Below, in pieces: positions 20,154 to 30,010 of a stretch of 64,000 nt of DNA (position 1 is the first letter of the stretch; each line of letters begins with the position of its first letter). The notes under the pieces were generated by a model. It worked only from the letters and a program-made list of their open reading frames with translations. It was not told where the DNA came from and searched no databases. Source of the stretch: Hyaloraphidium curvatum SAG 235-1 (lineage: Eukaryota > Fungi > Monoblepharomycota). Made by a program: the position numbers and the translations under genes. The stretch covers positions 248,001-312,000 of the forward strand of contig JAIVFI010000016.1 of the NCBI GenBank assembly GCA_025558095.1. Direction: 5' to 3'.

Positions 20154-20984
20154 ATGGCGGTTACTCGTCCCCTTCTCCGCCTTTGGGTAAGTTGACGTCG
20201 CAGATTCTGCTGTCCTGGTGGCTAGGCGATCTGACCGGAATGCGTCCCGCTGCGGACCACCTTTGTAGTTTATGGCTGCCTGCTTCTTTATGACCTGGGA
20301 CCTGTGCTACATCTTCTCGTGAGTCAGGTTTTCCGTGTATCAAGGTGTCAACTGAATGCCGACTGACTCGGCCGGCCCTGTTTGTGCTTCGGAAACTTTC
20401 TTCGCTGCTTTGCCTTGGCAACGCTTCAGACGACCTCGCTCCTTCCCCGGCGGCGACCTCCACTTCATTTGGAAGCCCTACGCCTTGTACGGGACGATAG
20501 ACCACGTGTACTCCCGCAAGGCGTGGGAGAACGGCGAAGGATGGCCGGCAGCGCAGAGCCTGGGCAACATTCTCGAGGTCGTCATCATGCTCTATCACCT
20601 GAGCCTGCCGTCGACGACCTTGACGAGCGATTTTGTCGCTTTCGTGGGACTCCCGCAGTTGCCGCCGACTTCCCGACGCTGATCCGACCTGTTCCCGTCG
20701 AGCGCAGTTCGTCTCCGTGCTTACCTGGTACAAGACAGCAATTTACTTTGGCATCGATTACTGTGGGTGGTCTTTCCTTTCGAGTACGAGGTCCATCACT
20801 TAACGCTTGTTCAGTTTCTGGCTGGGCCGGCAGCAAGCACAATTCCGCCTTCAACTTTTGGATTCTGTACGTCACAGTCAACAATTTTTGGTCCGTCATC
20901 CCCTTTATTTATATGAACATACTGGGGAGGCGCCTGTACGGGGCGCTGGCCAAGGCAGACGCCGCGGGAAAGAAAACAAAGTGA
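20154..20984 (+). CDS. EXPERA/emopamil-binding-like ER membrane protein
   Basis: Spliced reading MAVTRPLLRLW|FMAACFFMTWD...RPRSFPGGDLHFIWKPYALYGTIDHVY...AAQSLGN...FWILYVTVNNFWSVIP; ends KKTK (KKxx). Confidence 0.7.
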
Positions 20985-21153
20985 ATGATGGAGAAGGATG
21001 GCTGCAAGAAGGCGACATTACTGAGGAACAGTTGATGTAATGGCGCAAAGGTTCTGAATGGGAGATTGGAACGGTCAGAACGCCTCCGTTCTGCGATCGC
21101 CGTTGCACCGACGACGGTGGTGCAGCACCTGGAATCAATCTCTCCACCCCGAA

Positions 21154-23379
21154 ATGCCGCCTGCAGCGGGGAAATCGGGCCCCTCTAACGATGTTCCGAC
21201 CATATTTACCCTTGGAGATGATGTCCTGGGGCGCCTGCAGTCCGTCTCGGACGCCGGCGAGCTCGTAGACGCGCCCTCGACTCTGGAACCTCTGGACTCG
21301 CGCCCAAAGGCGCCGACGCCCACGCCGGCCAGCGATGCGGTGCCAAATGGCACAGATTCGAACGGATCTTTGGCCACGGGTCCCGCGGGGGCGTCCGAAG
21401 ATGCCAGCGAGAGGAAGGCGTGGTCCTGTGCGACCTGCCGCGTCTCGTTCGACTCTGCCAACGAGCAGCGGCAACATTACAAGGTAGGGGCTGGCGCTTC
21501 GAAACTGCTATCGTGCAGCTCATCTCCGCCCCAGCTCGATTGGCACAGGTACAACGTGAAGCGGAAGCTCAAATCGTCTACCGCCGCGCCGATGACGGAG
21601 GACGAGTTCGATGCCCTTGCCGAGAAAGCGGACGGAAATCTGTCGGAGGGCAGCCTTTCCGGCTCGGACTCCGAAGCTGAAGACGACGGTGGAGCTGGCT
21701 CCAAAAAGAACGAGGCGGGAGGAGCGCTCGATTCGACGACCAAATCCCCGTTCGTCGTCATCAATGTGCCGCTTCCGCCCGACCATGTGGCCGTCGTGAC
21801 CGCCGCAAATGGGGCCGCGCGCGGCGGAGAGGGTGAAACGGCAATGGACCTCGTGCAGCAGTACCAGATCTACCGGACTGTCCTTTACAACCCTCGGACG
21901 ACGCAGGCGCCCAGCGCCGCCGATCTTGCCTCGCGTTTGAAGCAGCTTTCATCCAGCCCGCAAGCTGGACGCCGCCGGCTTTGGACGTTCTTGCTGCTTT
22001 CTTCGGGCCACCTTGCGTTTGCCGTGTTTGACGCGGTGACGATGGAGGCGGTCGCGCACACAACCAAACACCGCTATACTGTCCGGCGGAAGCAGGGAGG
22101 TGCGCAGTCTGGCAACGATGGCAGCAAGTCGGCCGTGGCCCATTCCGCAGGTGCCGAACTCCGGAGGTACAATGAGCAAATGCTGCGAGAGGAGGTGCGG
22201 GAGGTGCTCAAGCAGCACGAGCAGCTCCTGGACGAGAGCGAGCTGCTCTTTGTCCAAGCTTCGGGCTCGTCCAACCAGCGCGTCATATTTGGCTACGAAG
22301 GGGCCGTCCTGCGCAGGGACGACGAGCGGATACGGAGCATCCCGTTCACCACGAAGCGGCCCACCTTCAGCGAATGCGAGCGGTGCGCGAAGGAGCTGCG
22401 GACCGTCAAGGTCAGGATCGTGGATTTGGAAGTGGCGCGCCGCGAGAGGCAGGCTGCCCAGGCACGAGAGGCAGCCAAGGAGCTGAAGAAGAAGACCGCC
22501 GAGGCGCCAAAGCCGGCCAAGGTCGAAAAGGAGAAGGAGAAGGTCGATGCCGAGGCCGAGAAGCTGGTCGAGCTCATCTCCCGGGGCAAGCTGGAACCTC
22601 TGCAGAAGCTCATCGCGGGCGCTCCGGAGCTTTTGACGACCCGGTTTCCCGAGTCGCCCATATCGCCAAGCGCGCTCCACCTCGCGGCCGCGTCTGGACA
22701 GCCCGAGATTGTTACCTACCTCCTCACCACGTACCCGGAATCCTCCGATCCTACTGCCCTCAATTCCCGTAAGCAGTCGCCGTACGACGTGGCGGTCGAT
22801 CGCGAGACGCGCAACGCGTTCCGCAAAGTGAGGGCCCTGGCCGACTTTGCCGAGCGATGGGACTGGAACCGGGGACACGTACCGGAAGCCTTGACTGACG
22901 AGATGGAGGAGGCCCAGAAGAAGAAGGAGCGGGAGAAAATGGCGAAGGAGCGGGAGAAGGAGAAGGAGAGAAAGGAGAAGGAGCGGGAGAAGGAACGAGT
23001 GCGCGCGGAGGAGGAACGCAAGAAACAGGAAGCCGCTGCCGCCGAGAGGGAGAAGAAGGCAGCCACGGAGAAGCGGTTGAAGGACCTCAAGCTCGCGAGC
23101 ACACCATCGTCAGCGGCGACCCAAGGGTCCTACAAGCTCTCGGGCGGCGCACGACCTCCTCCTCCGCAAGCCGCTTTGGACACGCTTACACCCGAGGCGC
23201 GGGCGCGTGTCGAACGCGAAAAGAGGGCGCTCGCTGCCGAATGGCGGGCGAGGACTGCGACGGGCAAATGCACCTTCTGCGGCGTGCCGCTAAACACGCT
23301 CGGCAACCAGGTGTTTGAGCGGATGGGCTGGAAGTACTGCTCCATGAATTGCCTGAATGGCCACCGCGAGTACACCTGA
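21154..23379 (+). CDS. VMS1: Vms1/ANKZF1 peptidyl-tRNA-releasing RQC factor
   Basis: C2H2 finger CATC...QHYK|LDWHRYNVKR; VLRF1 catalytic loop HRYTVRRKQGGAQS; HSAGAELRRYNE; ankyrin repeats; EK coiled coil; VIM motif REKRALAAEWR; C-terminal CTFCG...YCSMNC; intron 21484..21534. Confidence 0.95.
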   Translation: MPPAAGKSGPSNDVPTIFTLGDDVLGRLQSVSDAGELVDAPSTLEPLDSRPKAPTPTPASDAVPNGTDSNGSLATGPAGASEDASERKAWSCATCRVSFDSANEQRQHYKVGAGASKLLSCSSSPPQLDWHRYNVKRKLKSSTAAPMTEDEFDALAEKADGNLSEGSLSGSDSEAEDDGGAGSKKNEAGGALDSTTKSPFVVINVPLPPDHVAVVTAANGAARGGEGETAMDLVQQYQIYRTVLYNPRTTQAPSAADLASRLKQLSSSPQAGRRRLWTFLLLSSGHLAFAVFDAVTMEAVAHTTKHRYTVRRKQGGAQSGNDGSKSAVAHSAGAELRRYNEQMLREEVREVLKQHEQLLDESELLFVQASGSSNQRVIFGYEGAVLRRDDERIRSIPFTTKRPTFSECERCAKELRTVKVRIVDLEVARRERQAAQAREAAKELKKKTAEAPKPAKVEKEKEKVDAEAEKLVELISRGKLEPLQKLIAGAPELLTTRFPESPISPSALHLAAASGQPEIVTYLLTTYPESSDPTALNSRKQSPYDVAVDRETRNAFRKVRALADFAERWDWNRGHVPEALTDEMEEAQKKKEREKMAKEREKEKERKEKEREKERVRAEEERKKQEAAAAEREKKAATEKRLKDLKLASTPSSAATQGSYKLSGGARPPPPQAALDTLTPEARARVEREKRALAAEWRARTATGKCTFCGVPLNTLGNQVFERMGWKYCSMNCLNGHREYT

Positions 23380-23393
23380 CGGAATCATGCCTA

Positions 23394-26300
23394 CTAGAGC
23401 TCGCTGCGGCACAATGGGCTTGTACGAAGCACGTTAGCGTACGATGAAGGCCATTTGCTCGCGGCACACACCAAAGATTCTGTCCGGAGGTCCGCAACCA
23501 CTTGGTCATGCAGGCGTTGTGGAACTTGTGTTTGCACGTCTTGCACTGCTTCGAAGGCAAGGTCCGGTCGATCACGCCGACGACGCTGTAGCAGATGGCG
23601 CAGTCCTCCACGCCTTGGTAGTGCAAAGTAACGTTCCGGTGCCACACCGAGATCGCATCCAACACCTTGCCGTTCTGGTTGAACATGACGGCGGTGATGT
23701 TGAGAATCCACGCGCGCCATCGCGCTTCCTGGACCCCAGCTTTGGATCCGCCGCTGCCATCAATCTCCACAGGCCGCAGGGGATACGACGAAGGGAAGCG
23801 GATCATGAGGTCCAGCGAAGCAGTGTCCTCGACGTTGTAGGTAACGCCGATCTCGTTGGCGGAACGGGAACGGAACTCGAGCTTTTCGAACCTGGAGCTC
23901 TCGACCTTTCGGACGCTGTCCGTTTCAAGGGCGATAAGCTTTGGGCTGAACTGTCGCTCGACGTAACTGGCACGAGGACAATCAGTGCCCGTCGATTGCG
24001 GGGCCGGCGAAGTAGAGAAAATCACCTCTCGACTGCCATGCTCAGCTGTTTGTCCTTGATGTCGGACCACCATAGGCGAACAAGACTCGGCATGTGGCGC
24101 ATCGCACCCCACACAACATGGGCAGCAAGCAGTTTGAAGGACAACGCCGACGATGCTTCCAGCGACGGAAGCTCGAATTCTGTCACGTCCCAGACCGACA
24201 GATCGAACACCGGGAAGGCCGTGCCGATGCCAAAGACTCGGAAAGCAAAGTCCATCAAGTCAGGTATCATGCGTTCGGTGTTGCGAACCTGGCGGATGTA
24301 CGCAGCCTTGAGCTGGAACGTGATGTCGTTGAAATGGGCGAGAAGAATGAACCAGGATAAAAGGTAGGCAAGTCCGTCCCTGAGTTGCGCGCTATCCAGA
24401 TCGGACGATGCTTCGAGCAGCACGAAATCCAGGGAAGGCTTTCCCGAGGCCAACTTGATCAGCAGTGGTGGCAAAGAGAACCTGGGATCCTGGTCATCGT
24501 CCGCTAACGAAGAGCCAGACATTTCCAGCTTCAAAGACAAGGTCTGCACCCTCTCGATCGTCTCCCGATTCAGGAGAATCGCTGCCGTCTTCTGATCCCA
24601 CGCAACCGCTGACGTGAGCATCTGGCACAGGTCCGTGAACCTCCCGGCCGGAACGAGGACATCCCGCGGGATGTGCTGGCACAGCTCCGCCGCCGTTCCC
24701 CTCGACTTCTCCTCCAACTGATTGGTTCCGCTGGGACCGGATGCCTCCTTCCAATCGTCCAGATAGCTGCTTAGCAGCTCGCTGTAGATTTCACGGTGCG
24801 ACGCTTGCAGAGCCTCGCCGATTGCGGTGTGTTCGACGCCGAGTTCAAACAGGAGCCGCAGCAGCTCGTAGGTCCTATATCTGAGCGCCCACGCGCCGGT
24901 GCAACCGGCCGGAACCGCGAGCCAGCTCAAGCAGCACCTGATCATGAGCTGCCAATGCGCCCCGTCGACATCGGAGACAATGACTGCGAGATTGGCAAAC
25001 AGAGCTGCAACCTCGGACAAAAGAAGCAACGTCTCCAGCGATTGGTCTTTGCCGTTTTCGTGATTGAACCACAGACCGATCTGCCGGAGCAGGAAGATGA
25101 CGCGGGGCTGCGGAAGCGAATCCTTAAGCGGGTCCTTTCCAAAAGAGACGTTCAATGGGACCACGAGGCGGAAAGCTGCTGGCGAGCACGTCAGCCTGAC
25201 CTTCACAGGCAAATTCGACATACTTGCCAATGCTGCGTTCGTCGCCCAAAGCAGAAGAAGGCTTGAGCGAAGCCAAAGCGCCCATCAGCTGGCTTTGGTA
25301 ATTCGTCAAACCTTCAGCCGTCCCGTTGATGACCAGCGCATCAAGGACTGCAATCAGACAGCCAGTGAGGGCTGAAAAGCACGACGTCAGTGACCACGAC
25401 CAACACCCCACGGTCGCCGCAAATACAGTACCTTCATTCGCCCTCTGAACCTTTTCTGCGGCGTCAAACAGATTCTTGATTCCCACAGGTGTCATGCAAA
25501 CCTTAACTCTCAACGACCGCAGAAGCTTTCCCAGGAGCCTGCACAGGAAAACCCGACTCTTGCCGGTGGCGCCTGCAGCCGCATTCCAGGCAAGCGCGAG
25601 AGCCATCTCCGCCACGCTCTTCACGGCTGCTTGTGCAGCTGCGCCGTCTTTGACGAGCGAAGGACCGAAAGTGTCCGCAACGCCTCCTCCCAAATCGAGG
25701 AACGCATCAAGAAGTTGCTCAATCGACTCGGTGGGATCTGGTCCGAAAGACGCGAGCGGTGCCGCCAAGCCAGTTTTGGCGTCCTCTGACACGACGAGCA
25801 ATCGAAGCCATGCGAGAACGAGTCGTGCGGCAACAACAAGCGAATCCTCCTCTGAAGGAAAGGCCGTCACCAGCGCAACAGGTCCCAACTCTCTTGCAAC
25901 TTCAGCAAGCATGGAAGATCGTCTGGCAAGCTCTGATTGGCCATGTACGTCGTACCGATGAGCCGAGCTGTTCGCGTCATTCTCTCGTGCGCAAAAGTCA
26001 AAGGCCCTGGGCACGGCATCCTCGCCCAGCTTCAGCCACTCCGAGTCCGACACATCCCACGGATCCGCCTCGGGCTGGGGAACGATGTCCGGCACCTCTG
26101 CCCGCGCCCACGACTGCTTTGCCGTCGGCGGGAAACTCTGGCACGCAAAGGCACGAACCAGCTGTGCCGCAAACTCGCCGGAGGTGCCGCAATGTCGCGG
26201 GTTGCGGAAGTTCGTGCCCCAGCGGGCAAGGAACTCGTTCGCGGCGCCGTCGCCCTTCGCTTCCAGAAGACGGGGGAGCAAAGAGCTTGACAAGGCAGCC

Positions 26301-28928
26301 GATGATGACTGCAGCTTTTGACACGATTCCTGGCCTCCGCTATCCACGGTTCCGTCCCGATGTACGACGTCAAACTCCAGGTTCTCCAGCGTGAGTGGAG
26401 TGAACGCTGCGAGATCCCAAAGATCCAGCACTAAGGACGGGAGCGCGCTGGCTGGGAACCAGTCGATTCCTCCGCGACGCTCCGTGACAAAAGCAACCAT
26501 GTCGACGGTGGAAACTGCGGTGTTCAGGGCCAGCGAGGAGACAGAATGACCGGCGGATCCAGAAACCACCAGGTAAGCGGTCACGAACTCTGAAAGCCAT
26601 CCAGACACGAACAAGCACATCCGATCAACGCAACCTTTTGACAAGTACTCGCCGGCAAGGCTCCGCGAGACGACGCGCACGATCGCTTGGTCCACCGATT
26701 CCGACAGGAGAAGCTTTCCCATCCGTTGAATGAGCAACTGTTCGACGTACTCGTCCAAATCCGTCCTGGGCAGCCCCGTAGAACGGACCAGCGCACTCGA
26801 TTCCGCGGAAGCTTCCAACAGTGCATCAACGACGTCGAGACGCCTTCCCCCGGTGGTATCTTTCAGCGAAGTTCCGAGTGTTTGGGCCCAATAGGCCTGC
26901 GAAAGCGCCGGATCCTTTGCCAGGAGCTCCATCATCGGCTTCAAGGATTCGACAGACACGTGCTGTGACTTCAGCATGCCCTGGAACGAATCCGAAAAGA
27001 AACCAGAGATTGAAGTGGTCAAGTCAGCTTCCCCGACAAGAGGGATCAGGCGCGAGGCCAGAGCAGTGAGAGAAGCAACGTCTCTATCCGATGCGTCCCT
27101 TGTCCCGCTCAGAGCAGCATCCGTGATGCTGGCATAAAGCGATCCAACGCGCTTGTCGGCGTTGCTGCCGGCGAGTTCTGTTGTATCCTTCCGAACGACG
27201 AGTTCCTCAAGAGATTCCCAAACAGCGGCCAGGAGATCGGCGGCACGGGAGCAGAACAGTCCAAAGTCGGGCACCTCTGCCCGTGACGCGATCCCGCCCA
27301 GGATAAGCTTTTCCAGGCAACCCAGTGGAACGGAAGCAATTGTCGCGTTACCGGATGCGAAGACCCTCGTCGTGATCTTTGCTATTGCCCCCGACCACGC
27401 GTCCGCAGTCACTTTGGCGGCCGTTTCGTGGGATGCCTCGAGCAGCTCCTTGGCCAACCTAGACACTGCGCTCTCTATGAGTCTCGGTCCCACCGCGTCC
27501 AGCTGGTCCCCGCCAGCTTTGCCCATACGACCCAAGATGAGGAGAAGGCATTCAGCGTATGCCACGACGAGCGATGATGCGGACGAGCGGTCGACGTTCC
27601 CGGTGCCGTAACCTTTCCATAGCGAGTCGAATAACGAGTCGCAAAACTCGGCATTTAACACCTCCGCGGGAAGGAGACTGAGGAGCGGGAGCAGAGAGGG
27701 ATAGGATACCGTGCCCGACCCAAAACAGCCACCGGCGAGAAAGGACAGAAGTCTGGAAGCAACCGTTTTGTCCTTTGACTTTGACGCACTGAGCTGCGAC
27801 GTCCACGACTGTGGAAATGCTACAATGGCATCGTAAGGCACTGCAGAGGTACAGAACAGGGCTCGCGTCGCGTACCTTTGGTGAAAAGAAGGACTGCTTG
27901 CCACATCTCGCCGTGAGCGGATCCGTCCTGTTCACTGAACGCCTTCCCGGGGAAGATGGGGCAAATCATGGCCAGCCGCTCGCGCAAAACATCCTGCCAG
28001 CGGGTCACCAGCTCTGCCGTGAGCTCTAGTGACGTCCGTCGAATCTGCACCGCCGAGGGCGGAACAGCAAAGCCCCAGAACCGCGTGGAATCAAAAATCC
28101 TGCCGTAATCAGCGCCGCACTTCTCCCTCTGCTCCCGCGAGAGCTCGCGGACCAGATACCCCAGAGCCTTGAGCGACGCCGCGACGGTTCTGGCGTACTT
28201 TTCCTCCATCTCGGTCGGCGTGACGAAGCGGGCATCGCTCAGCGTTTCAGGCGTGTGCTCCAAGAGGTTGGTCGCCAAGTAGTTCAGCACTGAAGGCTGC
28301 ACAAAATCGAGCGCGTCGGCCCGCTTCTTAGGTGAGGAGAAGGCCTCATTCCACGCCTCCGACGCGCTGCGAGACACATCTTTCGAAGGATCGAAAAAGG
28401 CACAGATCCAGGGTCCAGCAAGATCCTTTAAGTACGGCGCAAGGTCTTTCCGGACCTTCCGGACGAGCACGAGGTGGGCACCAGCGATCTGCTCTCTCGC
28501 CCTCCTTTCAACGTCCGTCGAGAGTCTTCCAAACAGCGAGGGCTAGAGGCAACCGAACGATTTATGAGCCAGATCCTCGGATTGCAGTCAGATCCACTAA
28601 CCCAAGCCGGCAGCAGCTTCAACAACTTGTCCGGGTCGGCTTGCTCCAAGTACGCCCGCAGCTCTTCGACGGCTTTGACACGGGTGACCGCGTCGCGCTT
28701 TGCCAGCTTCCGCAGCGTGACCTTCAGCTCCCCGCTGACCGCATTCTCCACCTCCTGCTCGGCCGAAAGGTTTATGCCGGTTGCGATGGGTGCCGAGACA
28801 GCAGCGGGTATCCCGAACGCGCCTCCGAACCCGGCCGACGCCGAGCCCGCGATGAGGTCCGCCGCCCGCGCAGCACTCGTAGGCTGGGCATTGCCCTTGG
28901 TCCGCTGGCCCGTCCGATCTTTGCCCAT
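23394..28928 (-). CDS. LTN1: Listerin E3 ubiquitin ligase
   Basis: N-terminus RTKGNAQPTSAARAA...LRKLAKRDAVTRVKA; C-terminal RWD-like FPSSYPLRPV and RING CAICYSVV...CKTCKHKFHNACMTKW...CPLCR; several GT-AG introns. Confidence 0.95.
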
Positions 28929-29012
28929 TGTGAGCTGGAAGTGGTGCAGTCACTCCTCTAAGTTGCTCAATGCTGGCGTCTTGTTTACCCCGACTTCGAA
29001 CGCGAACTCAAG

Positions 29013-29948
29013 ATGGCGTGGCCTCCTCCCGCACCGGAACTTCTCGATGAGCTGCTCGATGCTGCGATCCACGCCGCACGCGTCGCTGCGGCCCATTTCC
29101 GCAACGGGTACGCGGATCGGGCGGCGATGTTCGCGGGAATGGAATCCAAGAGTGGTCCTGCCGACCTCGTGACTGCAACGGACAAACTGTGCGAGTCGGT
29201 CATCGTCGAGGAGCTCAAGAAGCGGTTCCCCTCGCACGCTTTTGTCGGAGAAGAGGGCGTTGCCGCCGGAGCCGCCGCAGTCTGGCCCAAGGACGATCGC
29301 TGCGTCTGGATCATCGACCCCATCGACGGGACGACGAACTTTGCTCACGGCTTGGACGCCTTTACGTGCATCTCCATCGGATGCGCGATCCGGGGGACTC
29401 CGGTGGTCGGGGTCGTGTATGCACCGATCGTGGATCAGTTGTTCTCCGCTGCGGTTGGGCGAGGAGCAACATTGAATGGCACCAAGCTGCCGCTCTTCTC
29501 GCATTTCGCCCCTCTGTCGCTTTCCACCGCCCTCGTCATCACGGAGTTTGGTCATTCGACAGACCCGGTGGTTCAGAAACCCAAGCAGGACGCGATCTCG
29601 AAACTTGTTGGTCTATGCAGAGGCATTCGCGCATTTGGATCTGCCGCGATGAACATGTGCAGAGTGGCTTGCGGCGGACCGGACTCGTATTATGAGAAGG
29701 GCATCCACTGTTGGGACGTTGCCGCGGCGTGCGTGATCCTTCGGGAAGCGGGCGGTATGGTCGTCAACTACGCCGAGGGCCCGAAGGATTCGGGCGGACA
29801 GGAAGGCTACGATATCCGCGCGAGAGACGTTCTTTGCGTACGCCAATGCGCCGGTGGGGCAGCCGAGCAGGGCAAGGTCGTCGAGGAGCTCCGCGCCGTC
29901 CTCGCCACGTCGGGTGCGCTTGCAGAGCAGGGGTACGAGCGAGACTGA
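29013..29948 (+). CDS. INM1: Inositol monophosphatase
   Basis: DLVTATD, GEE, WIIDPIDGTTNFAHG, GSAA, WDVAA. Confidence 0.95.
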   Translation: MAWPPPAPELLDELLDAAIHAARVAAAHFRNGYADRAAMFAGMESKSGPADLVTATDKLCESVIVEELKKRFPSHAFVGEEGVAAGAAAVWPKDDRCVWIIDPIDGTTNFAHGLDAFTCISIGCAIRGTPVVGVVYAPIVDQLFSAAVGRGATLNGTKLPLFSHFAPLSLSTALVITEFGHSTDPVVQKPKQDAISKLVGLCRGIRAFGSAAMNMCRVACGGPDSYYEKGIHCWDVAAACVILREAGGMVVNYAEGPKDSGGQEGYDIRARDVLCVRQCAGGAAEQGKVVEELRAVLATSGALAEQGYERD

Positions 29949-30010
29949 AGGATCCCCGGATGCGCCTGACCATGACGTAGCATTTTCCGGAATCTGACAT
30001 AGAAACGAAA

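Noticed and set aside
20270-20330. Possible in-frame TGA (selenocysteine) or genetic code change
   Set aside because: The apparent stops are resolved by canonical GT-AG introns and lie out of frame; no gene examined needed recoding.
22900-23070. Purine-rich GAG/AAG repeat
   Set aside because: It encodes the E/K/R coiled coil of Vms1; not a satellite or CRISPR array.
27183-27190. gtatcctt resembling a U12 intron donor
   Set aside because: It is on the strand opposite to LTN1 and lies within an open coding exon.
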